Shown: positions 19,098 through 27,725 of the stretch, one piece after another | How the letters are laid out: each line of letters starts with the position of its first letter | Position numbering within the stretch: position 1 is the stretch's first letter | Origin: Candidatus Multivoradales bacterium | Lineage (GTDB): Bacteria > Acidobacteriota > Thermoanaerobaculia > Multivoradales > J023 | Assembly: GCA_965248925.1 (NCBI GenBank) | Contig: CBDFLE010000005.1 | Coordinates: forward strand, 352,001 to 416,000 | Direction: 5' to 3' | Length of the DNA stretch: 64,000 nt | Position numbers and translations under genes: made by a program | The notes under the pieces: generated by a model | The model's input: only the letters and a program-made list of their open reading frames with translations | What the model was told of the DNA's origin: nothing | Database searches by the model: none

Positions 19098-20369
19098 TCA
19101 GAATCCCCAGGAGTAGCCGATCTCGAGATCCCATTGGCTCATCTCGAGCTCGATCGTTTGGGCACCGGGGAGATCGAGCGGATTGGGACCGACAACGCTG
19201 GTCGAAGGCGCGTGCATCACCGCCAGGCTGAGGGCGCGGCCGCTCTTGAGCTGCTTGGTGAAGCCCACCGTGAAGTGATCTTCCACCACGCCGGGGGCGA
19301 GGATGTTGAAGAGCACTTCGCTAGACCGGATGGGCTGATCGGTGGTCGAGAATCCAAAGCGCCAGGTGCAGGTGTCGCGCTGCCACTGCAAGCCCGCTTT
19401 GTAGATCGTTATGTCCTCCCAGCCGAAGCCGGCACCGCCATCATCCCCAAGTCGAGTGGTGACCAGGTTGGGCAAGAGTGGATTGCTCACCGCCCTACTA
19501 TCGGTGTAGAAGATCTCTTGAATATCGAAGACGAGAGTCAGCTGTTCGGTGAGACCGGCCGCTATGCCCGCGGTCCAAGAGGACGGGATATCGAAGCCGC
19601 CCTGCTCAGCGAACAGTCCGGCGTAGTCGTCGAACTCGCCCATCTTGGTCTCGGTCTGGTACGAGGCTCCGACCGAAAAACGCTCGGTGAGCTGACCCAG
19701 ATAGCCAATCCTGAAACCGAATCCGGTGCTGGTGTCGTGGCCGTTGTTGCTCAGGTTGGCGGTGTCGCTGGAGAACATCCCGAAGGTCTGGATTCCCTGA
19801 ATCTCGAAGCTCTGGTAGGCGAGCAGCGCGGTGAGGCCAAGGGCGTGCTTGCCCCCCCCGAAACGGAAGGCATAGGTCGGCGCGACGAATAGCTGGGCGA
19901 GGTCGACACCTGTTGGCGAGCTGCCGAAGAAGGTGCGGGTCGGATAGTCCGTGTTCATCCCGCCGTTACCGTAAAGACTGAAACCGAAGGTGGAGTTGGT
20001 GCCAACCTGCCAGTTGCCGCCGAAATATGGGATGGCGAAAAACTCCGAGTCGCTGTCCACCTTTCCCTGGGCTAGCCCGAAGGTACCTAGAAAGCCGGTC
20101 GGTGCACCACGCACGGTGTAGCTGCGGCTGGGGCTGAAAGTCGCCAGGCCGGCGTCCCAACGCTTGCCGAGGAAGGCCATCCCCGCCGGATTGGTCGCCG
20201 CCGCCAGCGCGTCTTGGGGTAGCGCCACGCCAGCGCCAGCCAGGCCCTTATTGGCGGTGCCGTAGCCATGAGCGAAGTAGCCGTTGGTCGCCAGGGCATG
20301 GGGAACCCAGCCGAGCGCGCACAGTGTAAGGGTGACGGTTCCTCGGACGATGAGGGCTTTTTTACCCAT
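19098..20369 (-). CDS. FadL/OmpP1/TodX-family outer-membrane beta-barrel
   Basis: Signal peptide, ATNGYFAHGYG...GLAGA, NPAG hatch motif, C-terminal Phe. Confidence 0.88.
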   Translation of the reverse strand: MGKKALIVRGTVTLTLCALGWVPHALATNGYFAHGYGTANKGLAGAGVALPQDALAAATNPAGMAFLGKRWDAGLATFSPSRSYTVRGAPTGFLGTFGLAQGKVDSDSEFFAIPYFGGNWQVGTNSTFGFSLYGNGGMNTDYPTRTFFGSSPTGVDLAQLFVAPTYAFRFGGGKHALGLTALLAYQSFEIQGIQTFGMFSSDTANLSNNGHDTSTGFGFRIGYLGQLTERFSVGASYQTETKMGEFDDYAGLFAEQGGFDIPSSWTAGIAAGLTEQLTLVFDIQEIFYTDSRAVSNPLLPNLVTTRLGDDGGAGFGWEDITIYKAGLQWQRDTCTWRFGFSTTDQPIRSSEVLFNILAPGVVEDHFTVGFTKQLKSGRALSLAVMHAPSTSVVGPNPLDLPGAQTIELEMSQWDLEIGYSWGF

Positions 20370-20472
20370 TGCATGACCTCCTGGGGCGGCTTACTGTCTC
20401 GTGCTTGGCGTGGAGCTGAGTCCTGCCGCCGCTTCCGCGTCAGCCGGTTCATCTCCAGGGCCTTGTTTCACC

Positions 20473-20522
20473 ATATTCGCACCTAGCGATTCGAGGGTAG
20501 ACCGCTCTCTTGGCCCTGTCAA
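20473..20522 (-). promoter_or_regulatory. Sigma70 promoter of the fadL-molybdoenzyme operon with operator-like site
   Basis: Minus strand TTGACA-17-TACCCT; ATATTCGCACCTAGCGAT at 20473-20490. Confidence 0.6.
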
Positions 20523-20546
20523 GAGAAGGCGCGGCGGCTGGGAACG

Positions 20547-20924
20547 CTAGCTCTTACTTTTCTCCACTGGCTGCGGGCTGCCGACCAGCATGCTCTGGCG
20601 GACATCAGAAATCAATTTGACATCGGCAGCGGCGCGGTCCAAGAGGGAGTCGCAGACTGCTTGGCAGATACCAAAGACGGTGGTGTCGCCGATCGAATAA
20701 AGGGCGTTGGCACCATCGCGCCGGCGCTCGACCAGGTTGACGGAGCGTAGGATATTGAGGTGTTTTGAAACGTTTGCTTGGCTGCCACCGACCTCGGCGA
20801 GGATTTCGGACACCGATCTCTCCCCCATGTGGAGGGTGTGTAGAATCTTCAAGCGAAAGGGGTTTCCCATCGCCTTGAGTCGCACCGCGATGCGTTCGAG
20901 AATTTCGTCTTGAAGCTCTTGCAC
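20547..20924 (-). CDS. ArsR/SmtB-family regulator with C-terminal CxxxC
   Basis: LKAMGNPFRLKIL, SQANVSKHL, ICQAVC. Confidence 0.9.
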   Translation of the reverse strand: MQELQDEILERIAVRLKAMGNPFRLKILHTLHMGERSVSEILAEVGGSQANVSKHLNILRSVNLVERRRDGANALYSIGDTTVFGICQAVCDSLLDRAAADVKLISDVRQSMLVGSPQPVEKSKS

Positions 20925-21024
20925 TCGTCAGTCCTCATGCTTTCGGTGTCCGGACACGGGCTATCCTAGCACCTCTTCTCAGAGCTGCCGCCAATACCCT
21001 GAGACGGTTGCCCGGAGGTGAAAA

Positions 21025-21066
21025 TTGACCTAGGTTTAGGATAGCGCTATAGTCGCATACAGTGAT
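21025..21066 (+). promoter_or_regulatory. Sigma70 promoter of the tusA-shdr operon with operator-like site
   Basis: TTGACC-17-TATAGT; ATAGTCGCATACAGTGAT at 21049-21066. Confidence 0.65.
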
Positions 21067-21135
21067 GAAGGCAGATGTGGGCCGGCCCGAGGCGGTTCGA
21101 ATGTGCGGTCTTTCGCAGGCTAGCAAGGAGTTCCT

Positions 21136-21372
21136 ATGTCTCAAGTAACAGCTGACCAAGAGATCGACTGTCGCGGCATGAACTGCCCGCTGCCGGTGCT
21201 CAAGACTAAGAAAGCGCTGGTGCCGATGAACGGCGGCCAAGTGCTGAAGGTGACATCGACGGATCCGGGCTCGGTTGCCGACATGGCCGCTTTCAGTCGC
21301 CGTACCGGCCACGAGCTGCTCGACCAGAGTGCCGGCGATGGCGAGTACGTTTTCTTTTTCCGGCGCAAATAA
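21136..21372 (+). CDS. tusA: TusA-family sulfur carrier
   Basis: IDCRGMNCPLP, TDPGS motifs; RBS AAGGAG. Confidence 0.95.
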   Translation: MSQVTADQEIDCRGMNCPLPVLKTKKALVPMNGGQVLKVTSTDPGSVADMAAFSRRTGHELLDQSAGDGEYVFFFRRK

Positions 21373-21383
21373 AGGAGGGGAAA

Positions 21384-21899
21384 GTGGCTGAAGAACGTCC
21401 CAAACGCCTTGCCCTCATCGCCTCTCAAGGAACTCTCGACTGGGCTTATCCTCCCTTCATTCTGGCCTCGACCGCCGCGGCTCTCGATATGGAAGTGGCG
21501 GTTTTCTTCACTTTCTACGGCCTGCCCCTGCTGTGTAAGGACTTGAAGGCGAAGGTCTCGCCGCACAGCAATCCGGCGATGCCGATGAAGATGCCCTTCG
21601 GTTCCCAGGGTTTCCAGGGTATCGAGTGGAACATCCCCAACGCCATCTCCGGCAACGTGCCGGGCTTCGATACCTTCGCCACCTCGATGATGAAGAAGAG
21701 CTTCGCCAACAAAGGGGTCGCCACTATCGAGGAGCTGCGCGAGGCCTGCGTCGATCTCGACGTCAAGTTGATCGCCTGCCAAATGACCATGGATGTCTTC
21801 GGCTTCTCCCGCGATGAATTCATCGATGGTATCGAACTCGGCGGTGCCGCTACTTTCCTCGAGTTCGCTGCCGACTCCGACATCAGTCTGTTCGTCTAA
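21384..21899 (+). CDS. dsrE2: DsrE2-like sulfurtransferase
   Basis: GTLDWAYPPFILASTA, FFTFYGL, IACQMTMD. Confidence 0.9.
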   Translation: MAEERPKRLALIASQGTLDWAYPPFILASTAAALDMEVAVFFTFYGLPLLCKDLKAKVSPHSNPAMPMKMPFGSQGFQGIEWNIPNAISGNVPGFDTFATSMMKKSFANKGVATIEELREACVDLDVKLIACQMTMDVFGFSRDEFIDGIELGGAATFLEFAADSDISLFV

Positions 21900-21914
21900 C
21901 CGGCCAAGTCGACA

Positions 21915-22688
21915 GTGAGCGGAAGAGAGAACCGAGCGCGCCTGCTAGACCTTGGCGAGGTCAGCGCGCTGCGTTCTCAGAGTCTCTTTCACGCCGTTGC
22001 CGCGGTGATGCAGCCACAGGACGACCCCGCGCTTATTCTGCTGCGCCCCGGCGCGGCGCTGGTCACCATCGGCCGCGACTATGCCGAAGATACCCTTGGC
22101 GGTGCATTGATCACAGCTGAAGGATTGCCGGTGTTTCGCTCCCTGGCGCCCGGCGAGTTGGCCTTTCACGACTCGGGTCAACTCTCCTTCTACCTTCTGG
22201 TCGGGGCAGGGCGGATTGACGAATTCGGACTTGGCTCGCCGCCCGCCAACTCAGTAGAGGCCGTGGCTCGGGCGCCGATCAGCGCTTGCCGCGCGCTGGG
22301 ATTCGAAGCGCAGGCAAGCCCGCCGAACAAGATCGTAGTGGCGGGTCGAGCGATTGGTACCGTCGAGCTAGTGAGGGTCGACGAGGTTTCGCTGCTCCGC
22401 GGCCGGCTGTGGCTGGAGGTGGATGGCGACAGGCTCGGACGGATCGAGGAGCAATTCACCACCGACTCAACCACCTCTTTCAGTCAGCATTTGGCGCCCG
22501 GAAAAGGATTTCCGGAAGTCGCCGATGCTCTGGTGGCGGCGATCGAGAAAGAACACCAGCTCGATTTGATTCCCTCGATGCCGACGCCAGCCGAACTCGA
22601 CGCGCTGCTCGACTGGGACACTCGGCTGGCCGGTAGTGGATTGCGAACAGGTTTTTCGAGCAGTGAAACGGACCGGATTCCCGCTTAG
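21915..22688 (+). CDS. Degenerate lipoate-ligase (LplA/LipM fold) homolog
   Basis: SQSLFHAVA N-terminus resembles 32852 (SQALWHGIA); RRxxGGG and GRKISG motifs eroded (RSLAPGE, GRAIGT). Confidence 0.65.
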   Translation: MSGRENRARLLDLGEVSALRSQSLFHAVAAVMQPQDDPALILLRPGAALVTIGRDYAEDTLGGALITAEGLPVFRSLAPGELAFHDSGQLSFYLLVGAGRIDEFGLGSPPANSVEAVARAPISACRALGFEAQASPPNKIVVAGRAIGTVELVRVDEVSLLRGRLWLEVDGDRLGRIEEQFTTDSTTSFSQHLAPGKGFPEVADALVAAIEKEHQLDLIPSMPTPAELDALLDWDTRLAGSGLRTGFSSSETDRIPA

Positions 22689-22696
22689 GAGATCGC

Positions 22697-23068
22697 ATGG
22701 ACGAAGGAAGTGTAGTGATTTTTGTGACCTCGGGTCCCGACACCCCGCAGCGTTGCGCGACGCCGTTCTACATGGCCAACATTGCCACTGCGATGGACAA
22801 CGAGGCTGAGTTGATATTCCAGATCGATGGTGTGCTGCTGATGAAAAAGGGGGTCGCCGAGGAACTTTACGCCAAAGAAGGTGGCAAGAAAGTCATCGAC
22901 TTTATTCGCGAGGCCAAGGAATCCGGGGCGACCATGAGCGTTTGCTCGGCGGCGCTCCAGCTGCACGACATGACCGAGGACGATCTGATCGAAGAATGCG
23001 ACGGGGTGGTCGGCGCCGCCTACATGACGGATCAAGGACTCGACGCCGATATGGTGCTGTGTTACTGA
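22697..23068 (+). CDS. DsrE3-like sulfurtransferase
   Basis: TSGPDTPQRCATPF, FQIDG, VCSAAL. Confidence 0.85.
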   Translation: MDEGSVVIFVTSGPDTPQRCATPFYMANIATAMDNEAELIFQIDGVLLMKKGVAEELYAKEGGKKVIDFIREAKESGATMSVCSAALQLHDMTEDDLIEECDGVVGAAYMTDQGLDADMVLCY

Positions 23069-23090
23069 TCCGCTCACTCTTTGGAGTTCG

Positions 23091-23555
23091 ATGATGGCTG
23101 AGGTGAAGAACTGTCTCCTGCCCGATGACTTGCGCTATCACGTCAAGTTCAATGTTTGGCTGCGCGACAACAGCGATGGAACCTACGACCTGGGAATGAC
23201 CGACATCGCCCAGACGATGGCCGGCGCGATCATCCATTGCCGGCCGAAAAAAGTTGGCAAGACGGTCAAAGCGGGACGCAGCGTGGCCACCGTCGAGAGC
23301 GGCAAGTGGGTAGGGCCGGTGAAGACCCCTTTCGCCGGCAAGATCGTCGCTCGCAACGAACTCACCGAGAGCGAGCCGACGGTGCTCAACAAGAGCCCTT
23401 ATCAACAAGGCTGGATCGTGCGCATTGAGCCCAGCGATGGCGCGGCGGTCTTCGAGGCGCTGCTAGAGGCTGAGCTAGCGAGTGGAGAGTTCGCCACCTA
23501 CATGGCCGAGAACGAGCTGGGCGAGTGCATCCACTGCGAAGGGTTCGATGGGTGA
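23091..23555 (+). CDS. lbpA: Lipoate-binding protein LbpA (GcvH-like)
   Basis: NCLLPDDLRY, VESGKWVGP lipoyl-Lys, NKSPYQQGW, C-terminal CIHC. Confidence 0.9.
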   Translation: MMAEVKNCLLPDDLRYHVKFNVWLRDNSDGTYDLGMTDIAQTMAGAIIHCRPKKVGKTVKAGRSVATVESGKWVGPVKTPFAGKIVARNELTESEPTVLNKSPYQQGWIVRIEPSDGAAVFEALLEAELASGEFATYMAENELGECIHCEGFDG

Positions 23556-23829
23556 GCTGCTCATGAGGGTCTTCACCCATCCTGCTTGTTCAGGCTGTTC
23601 GGCGGCGGTGCGCCGGGCCTGGGAGCTGAACCAGGCGCAACCTGAGATCGAGCTGCGGACGGTTAGCTCGGTGGAGAAGGCGGGGCTTGCAGAAGCGCAG
23701 CGAGAGGGCATCAAGACCATCCCGACGATCATCTTCTCGTCGCCAGCGGGCGAGCAGCGGCGCTTCGTGGGCACGCCCCAAGCCGGTGCTCTCGCATCCT
23801 TCGCCAGTACCCTTTCATCCCCGGTCTAA
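23548..23829 (+). CDS. Thioredoxin/glutaredoxin-like protein
   Basis: FTHPACSGC, IKTIPTII, FVGTP. Confidence 0.8.
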   Translation: MGELLMRVFTHPACSGCSAAVRRAWELNQAQPEIELRTVSSVEKAGLAEAQREGIKTIPTIIFSSPAGEQRRFVGTPQAGALASFASTLSSPV

Positions 23830-23842
23830 AGGAACAGCAGCG

Positions 23843-24562
23843 ATGGATCCGATATACGCCGACGCCAAGTTTCAGGATGTCCCCTACGAAGAGAAGAAGG
23901 CCCTCTTCGATGAAGTCAAGGCCGACATGCGCTGGGAAACGACCCTCTACGGCTGCTACGAATGCGGTATTTGCGTCGCCGCCTGCCCGTCGGCTCGTTT
24001 CTACGATTTCAGCCCGCGAGTCTACGCCCAAGTCATGGCGCGAGAAGATGTTCACACCTTCTATGAGCTGCTCAATGAGTCGGTCTGGGATTGCTCGCAG
24101 TGCTTCTCCTGCACCCGCTGCCCGCGACAGAACAACCCCGGTGGAATCATCACCATCATGCGCGAGGTGGCGGTCAACCATGGCTTGGAGACCGCGAAAG
24201 ACGCCCTCAAGGCATACAGCCGCATTATCTACAAGATCATGTCGACCGGCACCCAGGTGGCGCCCGACATGCTGCAACCCGACTTCTTCCCCGATTGGGG
24301 GCCCGACGTGCAGCAGGTCTCCGACAATCTGGATGTGTGGCGGCGGGCGATTCCCCCTGAGACCTTGCACACCACCGAGCTGGCCTGGGATGTGGCCGAG
24401 AAGACTAGAGTCGAGCTATTCATGATCTGGAAGCTCACTGGCAACCTGGAAATGATCGAGCAGATCGATGAAGGCATCTTCATGATTCTCGAAGAGGTTA
24501 TGGAAGAGCTACTCGACGAACATGGCTTCGACATCGACGACTTCGACTCTGTCATTGACTGA
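23843..24562 (+). CDS. shdrC1: sHdr subunit C1 (ferredoxin-type)
   Basis: CYECGICVAACP, CSQCFSCTRCP, PDFFPDWGP; cluster position. Confidence 0.9.
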   Translation: MDPIYADAKFQDVPYEEKKALFDEVKADMRWETTLYGCYECGICVAACPSARFYDFSPRVYAQVMAREDVHTFYELLNESVWDCSQCFSCTRCPRQNNPGGIITIMREVAVNHGLETAKDALKAYSRIIYKIMSTGTQVAPDMLQPDFFPDWGPDVQQVSDNLDVWRRAIPPETLHTTELAWDVAEKTRVELFMIWKLTGNLEMIEQIDEGIFMILEEVMEELLDEHGFDIDDFDSVID

Positions 24563-24588
24563 CTATGTGATCGACTGAGGTAACCACC

Positions 24589-25791
24589 ATGAGCATCTTG
24601 CCGATTGTCGGTGCTGGCGGCCCGACCAAGGCCAAAGACCGAGTCTTCGACCGCAAAGGTCATATGCCCGAGGAGTACTACAAAGATCAGCTCTTCGAGC
24701 TCGAAGCCAAGGGGGAGTTGATCATTCATCGGATCAGCGAAGCCCAGGCCCCGGTGGAACTCGACAACAAGTTCGGGCGCAAGAAGAAGATCGCCATCGA
24801 CAACACCTGGCACCATAAAAGCTGTGGCCAGTGCGGTCATATTCCAGGCTATTCGACCTCGATCTTCTGGCTCATCCGCGAGCTTGGCTTGACCTATCAC
24901 GATCCCAAGGAGCAGACCTCCTGCACGGCTTGGAACTACTACGCTTCCTCGACCTCCAACCCCGCCGCCCAAGCGGCGGTGGCGCTGCGCAATTTTGCCC
25001 AAGCCTACGAACACGGCTTCTATCCGATCATCCACTGCGGCACCAGCTATGGCCACTACAAAGAGGTGCGTGAAGAGCTGATCCATCATCCGGAGCTGCG
25101 GGACCAGACCCGGCGGGTGATGGAGAAGCTCGGTAAGCCGATGGTCTTTCCCGAGGAGATCGTCCATTACTCAGAGTGGGTGCATGCGATGCGCCACCGG
25201 ATCCACGAGCGCCAGACTCTCGATCTGAGCAATGTCACGGTGACCGTGCATCCGGCCTGCCACTACCACAAGCTGGTGGCCGAGGACGCGATCTACGACC
25301 GTGAACTCTACGACGGTCAGCGCACCGCGGTGGTCAGCGCCCTGGTCAATGCCCTGGGCGCCAACCTGGCCGACTATTCGACTTTCCACGATTGCTGCGG
25401 TTTCGGCTTCCGCCACATCCTGGTGAGCCGCGATTTCTCCCGCTCTTTCGCCACCCTGCGCAAGATCGAGAAGATGAAAGAAGAAGCCAATCCCGATGTC
25501 ACTCTGACCCACGACACCGGCTGTGTGACCACCCTGGATAAGAGCCAGTTTGCCGCTCAGGCCCACAACCGCAATGTCGGCATCCCGGTGATGTCCGATG
25601 CTCAATTCGCCGCGTTGGCGATGGGCGCGCACCCCTACAAGGTCTGCCAGCTGCACTGGCACGGAGTCGACATGAAGCCGTTGCTCGAGAAAATGGGCAT
25701 CGACCACGCCGCCGCTTGGGCTGAGTTCGAAGAGGTGGCGGCAAAGATCAAAGCTGGCGACATGGATTTCATGTCGTGGGAGGACTGCTGA
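24589..25791 (+). CDS. shdrB1: sHdr subunit B1 (CCG-domain)
   Basis: WHHKSCGQCGHIPGY, QTSCTAWNY, HPACH, DCCGFGFRH, DTGC. Confidence 0.95.
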   Translation: MSILPIVGAGGPTKAKDRVFDRKGHMPEEYYKDQLFELEAKGELIIHRISEAQAPVELDNKFGRKKKIAIDNTWHHKSCGQCGHIPGYSTSIFWLIRELGLTYHDPKEQTSCTAWNYYASSTSNPAAQAAVALRNFAQAYEHGFYPIIHCGTSYGHYKEVREELIHHPELRDQTRRVMEKLGKPMVFPEEIVHYSEWVHAMRHRIHERQTLDLSNVTVTVHPACHYHKLVAEDAIYDRELYDGQRTAVVSALVNALGANLADYSTFHDCCGFGFRHILVSRDFSRSFATLRKIEKMKEEANPDVTLTHDTGCVTTLDKSQFAAQAHNRNVGIPVMSDAQFAALAMGAHPYKVCQLHWHGVDMKPLLEKMGIDHAAAWAEFEEVAAKIKAGDMDFMSWEDC

Positions 25792-26858
25792 TGGAGCACC
25801 ATCCGATTCTCATCATTGGCGCCGGACCGGCGGGCCTGGAAGCGGCGCGAGGGGCGGCGGAACTGGGCTACCCGGTGTTGCTGGTGGAGAAAGAGACCCT
25901 CCTCGGCGGTTCACCGATCCTCTCCTCCTATGCCGCCTTGACGCCCAATATGGAAGACGCCGAGACGGCAATGAAACGCATGGCCGATGGCGCCAGCGGC
26001 GAGTCGTTGGTCGACGTCCGCATCGAGACCACGGTCATCGCCGCCAGTGGCGACGCCCCTGAGATCAGCGTCACCCTGGCGGGACCCGGCGGTGAGGAGC
26101 AAGTCACCGTTGGCGCAGTGATCGTCTGCACCGGCTTCCAGCATTTCGATCCCGGCCGCGAAACCCAGATGTACGGCTACTACGAGTACGACGACGTCAT
26201 CACCCTGGTCGATGTCGAGAAGATGCTCAAAGCCGGCAAGTTTGTGCGCCCCTCGACCGGCGAGACGCCGAAACGAGTGTGCTTCATCCAATGCGTTGGC
26301 AGCCGCGACCGGCAGATCGGCAACTTCTGGTGCTCCAAGGTCTGCTGCGGCATTGCCTGTAAGGAAGCCATCGAGATCCGCGAGCATGTGCCCGACTGCC
26401 AGGTCTTCGTCTTCTACATTGACATGCGGATGTACAGTTTCTGGGAAGACCAGCTCTATTGGAAAGCGCAAGAGAAGCACAAAGTGCAGTTCATACGCGG
26501 CATCGTTACCGAGATCACCCGCCGCGGCGACACGGTGGTGATCAAGGGCGAGGATACAACCATGGGCCGGCCGGTCGAGGTCGCCATGGACGTGGTGGTG
26601 CTGTCGGTCGGCATGGAACCCAGCGAGGGCACCACCGAGATGGCCAAGATGTTCGAGCTACCGCTCGAATCGCACCGTTTCATCGAGACCACCGGCGGGG
26701 CGCTCAACACCGTCTCGACCACGCGGCCGGGGATCTATGTCGCCGGCTGCGCCTCCGGTCCCGCTGATCTCGAAGATTCGGTGTCGGCGGCTGGTGCGGC
26801 GGTAATGAAAGCCGCTGGTTTCTTGCGCAAGCATGCGCTCACCGCCGAAACCGTCTGA
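25791..26858 (+). CDS. shdrA: sHdr subunit A (short FAD/[4Fe-4S] HdrA)
   Basis: IIGAGPAG, CVGSRD...CSKVCC, FYIDMR. Confidence 0.95.
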   Translation: MEHHPILIIGAGPAGLEAARGAAELGYPVLLVEKETLLGGSPILSSYAALTPNMEDAETAMKRMADGASGESLVDVRIETTVIAASGDAPEISVTLAGPGGEEQVTVGAVIVCTGFQHFDPGRETQMYGYYEYDDVITLVDVEKMLKAGKFVRPSTGETPKRVCFIQCVGSRDRQIGNFWCSKVCCGIACKEAIEIREHVPDCQVFVFYIDMRMYSFWEDQLYWKAQEKHKVQFIRGIVTEITRRGDTVVIKGEDTTMGRPVEVAMDVVVLSVGMEPSEGTTEMAKMFELPLESHRFIETTGGALNTVSTTRPGIYVAGCASGPADLEDSVSAAGAAVMKAAGFLRKHALTAETV

Positions 26859-26876
26859 GCGAGGCAGAAACCAGCT

Positions 26877-27725
26877 GTGCTGCACACTCCCGTCAACATT
26901 GGTCAATCGGCCGCCGGTCCGGCCGCTAGGGTGGTCGATGCCGAGGCCGCCCTCGAGTTCATGAAAGAGGCCACCAAAGTGGCCACCGGTACTGAACTCG
27001 AAGACATCGGCCAACGGCTCGAGCTGAAGAGCGCCTTGTTCGGTGAGTTGCTAGCCGAGGAGCGCCTGGAGACCTTCGACGAGGAGGATCTGAAGTGTCT
27101 GCTACGCCATATCTTCACCCTCAAACGCAAGGCCAAGCGCCTGCTGCGGCGCAACGATTTGGTCACGATACGGCAGGGTTTCCAAGATTTGCTCTACGGC
27201 AGCGATGCGATTGCTGAGCGTTTCGATCGGTTCACCGCCGGTATCCAGGGTTTCGAGCCGGCGATGAAAGTTTCGTTGGCCAGCGAGGTGTTGCATTTCA
27301 CCGATCCCGGCAGCCACTGGCTGTGGACCTATTGGATTTGGAACCCCAAGACCAGCACCGGTGCTTTGCCCCTAGTGACTCACCAAGAGGGCGTCGACCT
27401 GTCCGGCACCAGTGCTGGGGTGATTTACGACCAGGTCGGCCAGGCCCTGGTGCAAGTCAATCAAGCGGGCCATGAGGTCGGCTACTCGCGGTCGGGCAGA
27501 GGCTTATTCGGCACCGATGTGTTCCTTGCCTGCGTCTACGCGGTTTACATGTTCACCGTTTTCAAAGTGAAGCTGTCGCAGGAATTCAACCGCATTTTGC
27601 CAGAGCTGCCGCAGCTCGTCGAACGGGTGTTGGGAGTCCACGCCATGGGAGAAGCCGATGCCGGAGAGACCAATGCCGGAGAGACCAATGCCGGAGAGAC
27701 CCATGCCGGAGAGACCAATGCCTGA
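26877..27725 (+). CDS. shdrH: sHdrH-like conserved hypothetical protein
   Basis: Position directly after shdrA; WLWTYWIW..TGAL, DVFLACVYAVY. Confidence 0.75.
   Translation: MLHTPVNIGQSAAGPAARVVDAEAALEFMKEATKVATGTELEDIGQRLELKSALFGELLAEERLETFDEEDLKCLLRHIFTLKRKAKRLLRRNDLVTIRQGFQDLLYGSDAIAERFDRFTAGIQGFEPAMKVSLASEVLHFTDPGSHWLWTYWIWNPKTSTGALPLVTHQEGVDLSGTSAGVIYDQVGQALVQVNQAGHEVGYSRSGRGLFGTDVFLACVYAVYMFTVFKVKLSQEFNRILPELPQLVERVLGVHAMGEADAGETNAGETNAGETHAGETNA
27658..27720 (+). repeat. 4 x 15-bp tandem repeat ATGCCGGAGAGACCA at the shdrH/shdrB3 overlap
   Basis: Units at 27658, 27673, 27688, 27703, then ATG at 27718. Confidence 0.95.

Noticed and set aside
27658-27720. CRISPR-like array
   Set aside because: Contiguous 15-bp units with no spacers, inside coding sequence, and no cas genes
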